From contig NC_134028.1 in the NCBI RefSeq assembly GCF_964204645.1, forward strand, positions 3,596,001 to 3,660,000: DNA of 64,000 nt. The letters are read 5' to 3'. The position numbers and the translations under genes are program-made. Source of the stretch: Tubulanus polymorphus. Taxonomy: Eukaryota; Animalia; Nemertea. Below are positions 53,201 through 64,000 of the stretch, one piece after another (the first letter of the stretch is position 1; each line of letters begins with the position of its first letter). The notes beneath the pieces were generated by a model. That model made no database searches. It was not told the origin of the DNA and saw only the letters and a program-made list of their open reading frames with translations.

Positions 53201-54207
53201 GCACCTACGACTATTCTCAATTCTCTTCTAGCTATTTCAAAGTTTCTGTTGGACCACAAGGCAGATATAAGCGTTAAGACGAACAAGAATGATTCATTGC
53301 TTCATGGTGCAGTTTTCGGCAACAAAGTGGAAATAGTTAAAATGCTCATTGATGCAGGTATGAACCGTATTCACTGCTGGGTCGCGTTTCAACTTGTTTG
53401 TTACCCTTTGTAACGCGTGCCACTAATGTATATTTGTAGGATGTGATGTAAATGCAAAAAATCATAATAGTGAAATACCTCTCTATTTAGCGGTGAATTT
53501 TAAGTCAGACATACAGGTATTTCATCTTTGTTTACAATAATTGTGATGTTTTCTCAGAAGGCCAATCGTGAATTTTACCTCTTATGATTTCGTTATACAG
53601 ATAATCAAGCTACTGATCGCAGCTGGCAGTGATTTGGACATTACTGAGAATACAAACAATCAAACTATAGCCATGGCAGCAGTCTTAAATAGATATCCGG
53701 AAGCTTTAGAAATTCTTCTAGAAGCAGGTAATTCATCGGTTGAGGTCACTGCTCGTGCAGTTACTGATACAGAACTACCGCTAGATATGTCAGAATTGAC
53801 CAACTGACCATTTGGTGGTCGAGTATTAATAGTTGTTTGAATGGAAATAAGTTTTATGTTTTAAATGCTTTCAGGTTGTGATTGTAATATTGCCAACAGT
53901 TCAGGTGCTACCGTGCTCTATGAGGCTTGTATCAAAGGCGACGAACAAATGTTGGCGATGTTGTTAGCGCGGCCCGGTATCAACGTGGACGGCACACTGT
54001 CTCATATTCCATTACTTACAGCTGTCGAGCATAACAACCACCTCGTGCTCGAGAAACTTCTCGAAGCTGGATGTGACGTCAATATCGTGAGTTCTAGGGA
54101 TACTCTTAGGGTTGCTTTTAATCTTCGGTTTCGGTGCAAGACGTTTGAATCAATCATGTCTGTTCCTCTCATCCGATTCTATATATATTCTATATATAGA
54201 TAAATAA

Positions 54208-54262
<55 letters not shown>

Positions 54263-54813
54263 ATAGGATTTGCTGATATACGGAAACATTTCAAATATTA
54301 TTTCAGGTGAATAGTGATGGATTAAACGCGATGTTTTTCGCCGCCGAAACAAACAGCTTGAGAATGGTGCGAGTTCTATTGCGTTGGGGATTCGATCTCG
54401 ACTCGGTGAAAGATAACACGCGGCTGTACTCGTGCTGTAAGCAGTACGACGACTCGCATCCGCACATGGAATTAAATCCACTCTACGTCGCCATCAGACA
54501 TGACAATTTCAAGATGTTTCTTACGCTCATCTCCGCCCACTACAAAGTGCCATACCATGACCTCGACCTTCTACACGATCTCGTATTCAAGACCGGCTAC
54601 GCGGCAGAGGCTAACGTCAGTCCGCATATACTGGCGATATTTAAGGAAATCTTCGCGAAGACGGCACGTTCACCTATGACCTTACAGCATATCAGCCGCG
54701 GCGTCATCCGCCAGAGCCTCGCTCAGAGACCGCACCTCAAAGTCGATCGATTGCCGATACCAACGAAACTTAAAGAGTATATTCTTATGAAAGATGTTTT
54801 GTGGCCGCGCTGA
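50257..54813 (+). CDS. Ankyrin-repeat and SOCS-box protein (ASB-like Cullin5/ElonginBC adaptor)
   Basis: Short first exon 50257-50281 (MMETSIRE, phase 1) joins 51076. About ten further exons carry ankyrin repeats (GQSALQLA, GSTPLN, GQTPLM, HKTPLIVAA, QTPLHIA). C-terminal SOCS box SPMTLQHISRGVIRQSL...VDRLPIPTKLKEYIL. Confidence 0.9.
51545..51700. mobile_element. MITE-like element, two intronic copies (second at ~52727-52892)
   Basis: ggg(c)tggatttcataga ... tctatgaaaccgggccc termini; shared internal agcaaaatagtccctgg and ccagatttagcagtta. Confidence 0.75.
54180..54258. repeat. (AT)n microsatellite
   Basis: Directly visible in the last intron of the ankyrin/SOCS gene. Confidence 0.95.
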
Positions 54814-57800
54814 TCAGTTAATGCTTTAAAAGCCCATCCTCTGCCAGCAGGGATTCGAACCTGACTCAGCTCGGGTGTGCAGGTATCAGATTGCCCGTTG
54901 TTTAATTGCTGAAGCAAATTTAACAGAAAAGCTGTAAATGGAAAAACCTGGGCTAAAATAAAACAGGATTTGTGATGGGCTAATGATGACATCATCAAAG
55001 CTGCACTCGGGCTAATCAGACAGGGTTTCATACGGTGGCTGGGTCTGGCGATGCCGTCAGATTCAAAATCCCTGCGGGGAGGATGTAAAAGGTTTTCTTC
55101 GCACGGTTAAAATATCGATATATCTGATATTAATGATTATTGTTATTATTCTCTTTAAGGCATCAAAACGTTAATTTTGTACGAGTAGTGTATTGAATAT
55201 CAACTGTGAGATAAAAGCAAAACGGGTCCCGACAATTATAGAATTGGTTAACGACCTCCTTTTTAAATGCAATCCCTCGAAATATGCCAAAAATTGTTCC
55301 GTATGCGATATATTTGTGTGTAGTGAAACTCTTCCCGATCTGTTGAGATTTTGAACAATCATGATGTCTATTTCGATGTGAAGCACTAGCCACACTTACA
55401 GGAGTATTTACCCGCGCCAAATTTGGCCGATCATAAACATAATTTATAGCACAGGTCGAATTATTAGGTATGAATGCTCATGGATTCCCACTCGCCTCAG
55501 TGATTTACGTCACTCTCTAATTTAAGCATAAGCTGAATATGACTCGAGTCTGGTCAGGGCTAGTCTGAACCAGGGCCAAATTGTCTCCGTGTGATCGCGG
55601 CCCTTGGTTTTTTTAAAGCGCGGAGAGCAAAAATATATAAATAAATGCAACATTCTCTGATAATAAATATTAATAAGTGCCATCTCTTACTCGTAAAAGA
55701 GAAATTTGTCTCTTTCGATATGGATAGAAATATGAGATTTGGGGGTTGTAATCTGTACGTATTTCAGGTTCCATTTAGTGGCCTATGAATATTGCCAATG
55801 CCTCAATATTTGAGGAGAGGTCTTTTTATTTTTGTGATAAGTCAAGCGCGTTGTGTTTTCATTATTAAAAAACAAAGCACTAGAATTATATCGTATTATT
55901 AGTGTTTCTTAGCTGCATATCATAATCTCTTAGTATTGAAGTTTATTACCTGTCTATAAAAACCAAAACAAATATTAATCTACTGTGATTTGTCTCTTGT
56001 GTGACAATAAGCAATCATCAAATATGTGCTGAAAAAAACCTGAGATTTTTAGTCGTTTTGTATTAATGAATGATAGGAAAATGTCATCTCTCCGCAACTT
56101 TGTATAGATATATATTGTATACAACCGCATTTGTATTAGTCGAAACTGACCTTAAAACTACCAAACTTCCGCGATCAAAGTAGTATCTATTAGACAATTT
56201 GAATAGAAGATGGCTTTAGATTTGGTCAATTTGGCCACTTTGCTGCAGAATCGCTTAAGTGTTCTGTAGGTTTTCCATTTTATCAAATGAGTAGTCTTTA
56301 AAATAGAATTTCACCCGGAAGTCGTGAACTTCTTAGCATTCTCAATGTTCTCAAGCTGTTAGATATGAATTACTGTAGCACTGAATTATTTTTCAGAATC
56401 TTCTGATATTTGTTTCGACCACTTAAACGATAGTCATCATCTAATACTGATACAACATGCATAAATATATGCAAAGTGCATTGTCTATTTATACATTTAA
56501 TACACAGAATTAACCGTCATTGGTCACAACATTCTTTAGATTAACGTTTTTGTGACTGGCTCGTGAAATGCATTCATTCGTTTACGTAGATGTTAGGAAT
56601 AACTGGAGCTAGTCACTATCTCGGTATTACGGGATAAGTTTGATATTACATTGCTTTAAAAAGGAAAATTACGTGTGCAAACATTATTATTATTATTATA
56701 ACTATCAATACAATCATCCTCGCTTGCCAGGATTTGATTGCCTCCTGCCAAAGCTCACACCAACACAAACCTGGTTGCAGTCCCTTTATTGGTCTATTAT
56801 ACCGCCCAAGATTTCTTGGGGCGCACTGGTTGCTGCTCAGAGGTCGCCAGTCTATATATCCAGCCAATCAGATGCGTTGAATTGATAGAGCGAAACTGTT
56901 AGCGAAAAACAACACAGCTGATTGGCTTAATATATAGACTGGTGGTTGCTGAGCATAGAAATCTAATAGACAAATGAAGGGTCTGTGGCTTGGGTTTGTG
57001 TTAACATTAGCTTCAACGGGACACAATCAACTCTGGCAAGTGAGGATGCAATACGATCAAAAACATCGACAAATTTTATATTTAAAAGAAAAACCAATTT
57101 GAAATACAGTATTAAACCAGGATGAAGCTCAGTAGGTGTTTTTAACAAGATTGAAATGTCTTGTTTATGCGTGTACGAATGATGCTAATTACTTTTGGTG
57201 CAAATTTTGCTGTGAGCTGAGCTGCTTTTAAATTCGGGGTGATATTAAAGTACTGGTGGTTTATAGTCGAAACTGCAGCTGATAAAAACTATTAGCGAAT
57301 AAGAGTATTTCGTGTTAGTTTCATGATAGTGTGAAAAGTTTATGAGATGTCCTCACTTGTGTGTGGCGACATAGTTTCAGTGGCATTCAGAAAGAGTTTT
57401 CTGCAAGAATATTTCAGCAACCAGTTCGACAGTTGTGTCTCAATTAGGATTTTACAAGAACTGTTGAATCGGAATGTGCTTGATATGTTGGCTGAAACTT
57501 ATCAAGTGAGGTCATCAGTAGTATATATATATATATGAACGATATTTGCTGTTATGTTTTCTAGTCAATAATCCCTCCATTGATGGGCCTCGATCGGATC
57601 TTACAACGTAAATAGTTATTCGTTCAGTCCCGGTATTCCAGTTCCATACACTACAGAACACGCACATCTCCTTGAGAGAATATTCAGATTATCTGTCCAT
57701 TCGATTAAACTGAACATAAAGTGAGTCATTCCAAATACGTAGTTATTATTATGATTATCATTATTATTATTATTGTCTGTAGTGGTTTGGCTACCTGTGA

Positions 57801-58724
57801 TAATTAACGTATAATAATCTCCTCTCTGAAAGGCAGCTTGATTTATTTCTAAATTTACAATCTTGCCAAAATATTCACTTCCCAGAAGTAAACATCAGGA
57901 GTCAGTTTTGTTGGTCAGTCTTAGAGTCATTGCTATCTATTTGTCAACATGATTTCATCGCCTTGCAAACAAATGAATTACAGTAGACTCGGCTAAAGTG
58001 GAACTTATTGGAACTGTGAAAATTTGTCAGACTCGAGTGATATATTTCATATATATGGATATTATATCGTTATAAAAATATTTCATCAAACATCATTGAA
58101 CAGATCAGATTTGAGCTGAGTGTACTGTTGTCGAATTTTGAAAAAATCAATTTGATATTTTGGGAAGTAATGATATGTGATAGCTGTAACATTCCATACA
58201 ACGATGTCTAAAGCTCTGACAATATGTGAGATAACTGTTTTAGTTTGTAAGATCTGATTGAGGTTGTGTACACGGTAGTTTCATTGTTGTGTATGAATTT
58301 TCTCACTCTATTTCCCAGTAGTTGAATATAATGAATATATATATATATATCATATATCTGTTCTCTTTGTAATGATATGCAACCGCTTGTAAATGTATAT
58401 ATATATATATATTTACACATATTATTGTAAATATCGTCAGAGATGTTTTGACAAACATCTACGAGATGAAGATGGAAATGAGAATCTATTTGTCGTGGTA
58501 ATTGAATGCAATGAGCGTTAAAGCCTAAGGCCAAAAATGAATATGATATATACACGGTGGAACCTCGTCATAACAAACTTCATAGCACCAGATAATCTGT
58601 CAGTTATATCCACAATGAAATTATTAAAGTTGTCCTATTCGGGTCAAAATTCTTTTTTTTTGTAATCGCTGATGAATTGTTATATCCGAGGTCTTTATAA
58701 CGAAGTTTCACGGTTATATTTCAA

Positions 58725-58850
58725 GGACCAGTTGCTCGAAAGTTGTTCAGAGATAACCAGCGGATAGTTGTCATAGTGACGATTAAAACTTCATTGTTAC
58801 TATGGTATTTATCCGCCAGTTATCTTCGACCAACTTTTGAGCAACTGGCC
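58725..58850. mobile_element. Palindromic MITE
   Basis: ccagttgctcgaaagttg ... caacttttgagcaactgg, with inner gcggata/tatccgc symmetry. Confidence 0.8.
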
Positions 58851-61800
58851 TCAGCTGTTTGGTACTAGCTCATCTATGGCATGAACAGGTACTTCGTAAG
58901 CTCAATCGCGTAAATATTGCTTGTCTTCTTATTCACTGATTACAGTATTGTTGGTGCCTCCCTTTAATATAATTGCTCATATTATACGAGTTGTTTGTGA
59001 ATTTTTCGAAAAGCGAAACTGATACAAACAGTAAACTCGCCCAGATTGAGTGACAAAAATTGTTCGAAATTTTCTATTCGCTTTTGCAAAAATCTTACAA
59101 AATTGAAAGTAGTTTTTCCAAGTATATCCATACAGCTCATGCTTGTCGTACTGGTTTCATAGCTTCAAAACCATTTAGCACGGATGGTTAACGGGAAAAT
59201 GTGCGTACTTTCAATTTCATTTCCACTTGTTTTATTCGCATTTTTCGAAACCTAGCCTACAGGGGTAGGTGCTGGTTGTTATTATTACTACATTATTATA
59301 ACTATTATTGTTAGGCTTAACAATTTATATGATCACAACGTTGTAAATAACGGATTTTAATCGGAATTCTTGCTATTGTATTTTGTACGTGTTTGTATGC
59401 AAAACGTTAAGCCTTCCATCGTGTATATGTATTTGTATGTATGTACATATATATATCTACCTGCTTCATGCTTTGTGTGTTGTTTACCGAGTGGTTTATT
59501 AGTGACGTAATATTCATTAGTCTTATTACACTTATTATACGGACTGTTTATAGGAAAGCTGGGTTCACATTGCCGACTACAAACTGGGAATCGAATGGAA
59601 AGAATTTTTTAACTTCTGCCACTTCAGCAGGTGTTAATGTATGTCCGGCTTGATTTGCTCATTTTCTTTTCAAGGGCCAAATATGATACTTATTCGTTTT
59701 TCGCCTGCATTTTTGCCACTGCTGATATTTGAAGTTTTATGCATTGCTTACATTCCTCGGTACGTTCGCAGTGTGAATCCGGCTTATGTCGTGAATGCTG
59801 AACGATTATCAAACGCACGCATATTTTCCGAATTTAGAAATCGTATAGCAAATTCGTTCACCGGTTTTTCGTAGGTGCTACATTCGCGCGATGACGATCC
59901 GGTAGCTTCTTTTTTTTTGGGGGATTTTTCCGATTTCGACCGCGAACACTGAAAACCTTCCAAACGATATAGCAATAACTAGTAGATGATTCAGCTGACC
60001 GACGTATTTACAACACTGCTACATTCAGCTTTAAGTACTGGTGAAACATACACTGATGCAAGCAAATCTAACGTCATGTGCTTCTCTTTAACTCTCTCTC
60101 TCTCTCTCTATCAACTGCTTACTGAAAACTTTCTATAATCAAACTGTATATTATAATTATGTATGTACCTGTGGTGACACCTATATGTAACGGTGATGTG
60201 TAGTGATCGGGTGGGAATATTAACTGCTGCTTTCATAAGATTTTGTCAGTTATTCCTCGCTTGATGGATCTACCAGTATTTATTTGTTTGAATCGACGAG
60301 ATGAGTTTGTTGTATGATGAATATTTTTAAAGCGCGCTGTAGGTATAGCAGCTATTTTCACATAACATATCAATTATTTTTGGTGAAAAAACTTCTGTGA
60401 TCCTGCTTAAGATGTCTCTGGGCGAGTTCGAATATCTTCCAGATTGTTTTTGTATCCTAGATTCGATTTTCAGGATTACGAAATCAAATCAGAAATTACT
60501 GGTCGAAAATATAGTTTTCGAGGTCACATTTTCTTTTGGATCCGGCATGGGATTGTGCCAGATGTAAACAAAGATAAGAATAATACGCTGAGGTTTTTCA
60601 GCTGAAAAAAATGGCTTGATCTAAATTCAGCATGGCTTCCAAAATTGTTGGGCATTTTCAGTTCGGTTTGACTTTTTAATTAAGGTATACGTTTGATGGT
60701 ATGACTTTGATGGTACATTTTAGTGAGGCTTCCGAAAAAAAATTGAAGTAGTTTTGAATTTTCAATAGAGTAGGTACATTACAATGATCGACTTATCGAT
60801 GGATTGTGCTCCCTCGGTACAAATACGAAATTAGATGTTTCTAGAAAAATTTTGTATTTATATTATCAAAACAAAAACCGCAGGGGACAAAATATAGTGT
60901 TTTAGCCATCGTTATTTTGTCTTCATATTCTCAGAGTTTACTGATTGCTAAAAACGTATTCATTAGAGAACAAAAAGAATGAAAAGTAATGTTTACCTAA
61001 ACTTGACAATTAAACCACCGAATAACGAAAGATAAGCGTATTAATGATGAAACAAGCAATCGACATAACAATCAACATAGAAATTTATAGCTAAATCTCA
61101 GGAAATCCTTCCTCAATCGGTTTTAAGTAAGTTAGAACGGTGCAATAGTTCTTCATTTAATGCTATTATCAACTGTTTAGTGTTTGTGTTGCCGGATCAC
61201 GTATCGAATTGAAAACGATATGTTAAAAACATGATTACATAACTGTCATCTTACTACATGTATATATACACCATAGTTATGCATCTGATCTTATGATTTT
61301 CTGGTTGGTTCATACGATTACCATTATAATGTGTTTATCGTTTAGTTTCAGATCTAGTCTACGCGTGACAGTATATAAGTCTATTTGACATTGGCTGTAG
61401 TGAATATATAAACGTATAATTTAGTTCAGTTCAATCGCTTAACACCTATGTAATCGCAGATAGCCCTCAATTTAGTTTCTTTCAATTAGCTGAAGATTTG
61501 TACTCGATGTCTCGTTGCCAGCATTCTATCACGATTCACAGTATTATATTAATCATCTGTGCTGATTATGATGATGTATGAATTATCGGGAGTGGTAATT
61601 CTGCTATGGAGTCTATTTCAGCCCCTGTATATGCAGCAGTGTGTGATCGCATTTCGTTCAGTATTTTCGTTGTGAATGCAAAACTTGCAAGTACTGCTTT
61701 TATAAAATGTATTTGCTGAACACAGGGTAACTAACTAACTAACTAACTAAGCTTTCAACACGCTGCTTATGCAATTTTCAATCGCTACTTAACATCACGA

Positions 61801-62821
61801 ATATCAAATCAGCTTCGATAACGTACATGAACGGCGTCCATCTTTAAAACAGTGACTTCTATCTGGGCAAGTTTACTTAGATACCGTTAGATATGATATG
61901 TGATGTGCGTATTGCATTTTAAGTCGGGCCCGGTCAGGGAATTATCTTTGGACCCTACAGTTTCGGATCCTTTGCCACAGTTTTATGCGAAATTCAGTGC
62001 CAAAAGTTATCAATGTTAAGTCAGAAGTTCCTACCAGGAATAGTAGACACTAAATTCTCTAGTCTGGAGAAGTCTCGGTCGCGATTATCGGTTGACATTG
62101 AATCCGGAAAAGTAAACTTCGTTACAACGAACTTTATGGGCTACGCGCTGGAATCGGGTCCGTGGTCCATAAATCTCATATTGGACACAAAAGAGGCATT
62201 TCGAAACATAGCTGAAATTAATAAATGCTCGTATTTATCGGATTAGAATACGCGAGGAATATAAATCCATAGTTGAATCTAATAAAGTGCCAATCATCCA
62301 TGTATCTATGTTTGCCAAGATGACTCAGTTGCTCAAGTCAATATATAACCTGTTAATGGTATTAGATCGGTTATTAGTTATGCTAATGTACTTCTTCGAA
62401 TCCATGACACTTCTTTAGTTTTACCGATGCATAATCAAAACCAAGTGATTTTTGATGATCTCAGTCGCACACATTTCGTTTGTATCCATTCGCTATGCAA
62501 GCATTTTCCATCGCGAGTTCCAGCTATTATCGGCTCTGATGAATATCGGCGACGCAAGATCCATTTCTTCAACTGCATTCGTGTAAATTCGGTTGAGAAA
62601 AGCTTTAATGCGAATATCGTATCAATGTTTAGGAGGATTCTAGACCCAATGAAATTCCACCTCGTATATAAGAGGTGAAGTGCCTTTGTGTACCCTGCTG
62701 CTTTTTACTTCCCTTTGATGTACCCCTAGTCATCGGCTGGCATAATATATTCTTCCTGAAAATGTCGTCTCGAGTAAATGATATATTAGGTTTCCCTCTG
62801 TATTTCAATAGGCTCATCAAT

Positions 62822-63140
62822 AGCCGCGATCACACGAGCATTTTTGGCCCGGGCCAAATTTGGCCTGTGCCAAATTTGGCCCGGAACAACTGTTCACACG
62901 GGTGCCAAATGGGTCCGAGCCTATTTGGCCCGAGCCAAATTTTAGCACCAGATAAATGATTGCGTTTGAATTGCAACTGGCACCGGAAATGATCCATTTC
63001 GCTTTGTTTGAGCATTGTTTAGTATCGAGTGAATGGTTTGCGTGTGAACGCGCTCTATAATTAGGCACGGGCCAAATTTGGCCCGAGCCTGATCCGTGCC
63101 AATTTGGTCCGGGTCAAATCGTCTCCGTGTGATCGCGGCT
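62822..63140. mobile_element. MITE with AGCCGCGATCACACG TIRs and internal GGCCAAATTTGGCC palindromes
   Basis: Perfect 15-bp inverted termini. Confidence 0.85.
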
Positions 63141-63423
63141 TATAATTTTACGTTTTGACGATCGTAACATGTTTGAAGAATAAACTTGAACCGATGACTG
63201 TATTCGGTTTCGATCGGTCGATTACCTCACGATATACCGAAACAAAGTCTATTAATCTTTTGTTCTGAATGTTGTCACTCTGTCGTTAGAAATCATATGC
63301 ATTTTAAAAACGATCAAGGTAAACGCGTTAAAATCAGTTGTAACCATTGCAATCACAGGGTCTTAACAATGATCTTCATAAGGTTGTCGACGGACGTCAC
63401 ATGATATTGCGTCATATTGGCCT

Positions 63424-63644
63424 TTAAGGCTAAACAAAAATGATACCTTGTTTCTCCGCAGCGGCCGGGTCATTTTTGTAAAATATGATGAAATTTATAA
63501 ACAGTTCATTTCTATAGCGGCCGGGTCTGTTATGGTGAAATTGATCACGATTTTTAAAAAAGTAATGTATAGGGTAGATAGGCGGCCGGCCGGGTCAACA
63601 TTTAAGCTCAGCAGAGCCGAGAAACAAGGTTTTTTTTAGCCTAA
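63424..63644. mobile_element. MITE-like element with AGGCTAAA / TTTAGCCT termini
   Basis: aggctaaacaaaa..accttgtttctc ... gagaaacaaggtttttttagcct; internal gcggccgggtc repeats. Confidence 0.7.
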
Positions 63645-63895
63645 GTTTGGCGTTTTTATTTCAGTAAGACGCTCACGCTTGACGGTCAATATGACGCTCT
63701 GTGACGTCACGCGTATATAACCTCATAATATGGACACGATTTCAAGCTCAATTGTTCAACTGCTTGATGTAACAAACAAAAAACTGCCGAATAAAAAGTC
63801 CTGATCTTCATGTATGACTTAAAATCGATGCTTCCAGCACAACTTGACGAGTTTTGTACACACTATAGCAACCCGTCTGTATTTTGTGATACCTT

Positions 63896-64000
63896 TAATA
63901 AGATAAAATCCCACTATTTACAGATTAAAAGAATTTAAAAACAAGAATTTATTTATTAAATCTAAAATATTTAAAAGACACGACGTTTCGATCTCACCCT
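63896..64000 (-). mobile_element. Third copy of the hammerhead-bearing Penelope-like pLTR, truncated by the window end
   Basis: Reverse complement reads agggtgagatcgaaacgtcgtgtcttttaaatattttag...gggattttatcttatta, near-identical to 24640-24743. Confidence 0.88.

Noticed and set aside
54814-62800. Additional gene in the last 8 kb
   Set aside because: Only short low-complexity ORFs and MITEs; probably 3' UTR, intergenic or intronic DNA.

Overview
Intron-rich, AT-rich animal genomic DNA, probably from an invertebrate bilaterian. It is not prokaryotic and has no CRISPR arrays or rRNA. Six spliced protein-coding genes can be reconstructed from GT-AG exons: the 3' part of Axin (+), RPUSD1 (-), a HERC3/4-type RCC1+HECT E3 ligase (+), NPRL3 (-), TMEM242 (-) and an ankyrin-repeat/SOCS-box gene (+). 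Many MITE-like elements are present, along with Penelope-type LTR fragments carrying minimal hammerhead ribozymes. The most unusual object lies at about 41.8-45.4 kb, divergent from NPRL3: a candidate spliced, polyadenylated, repeat-modular lncRNA. It contains a ~640-nt fold-back whose inner stem is dominated by G-U-compatible substitutions, capped by five tandem stem-loop units showing covariation, then a second hairpin array and tandemly duplicated non-coding exon-intron units. Other highlights are a pair of 48-nt candidate mutually exclusive HECT exons in HERC4, a dense cluster of TCF/LEF (plus helper) sites in the Axin introns, and Axin-RPUSD1-NPRL3 linkage mirroring human 16p13.3. All counts and alignments were done by eye.
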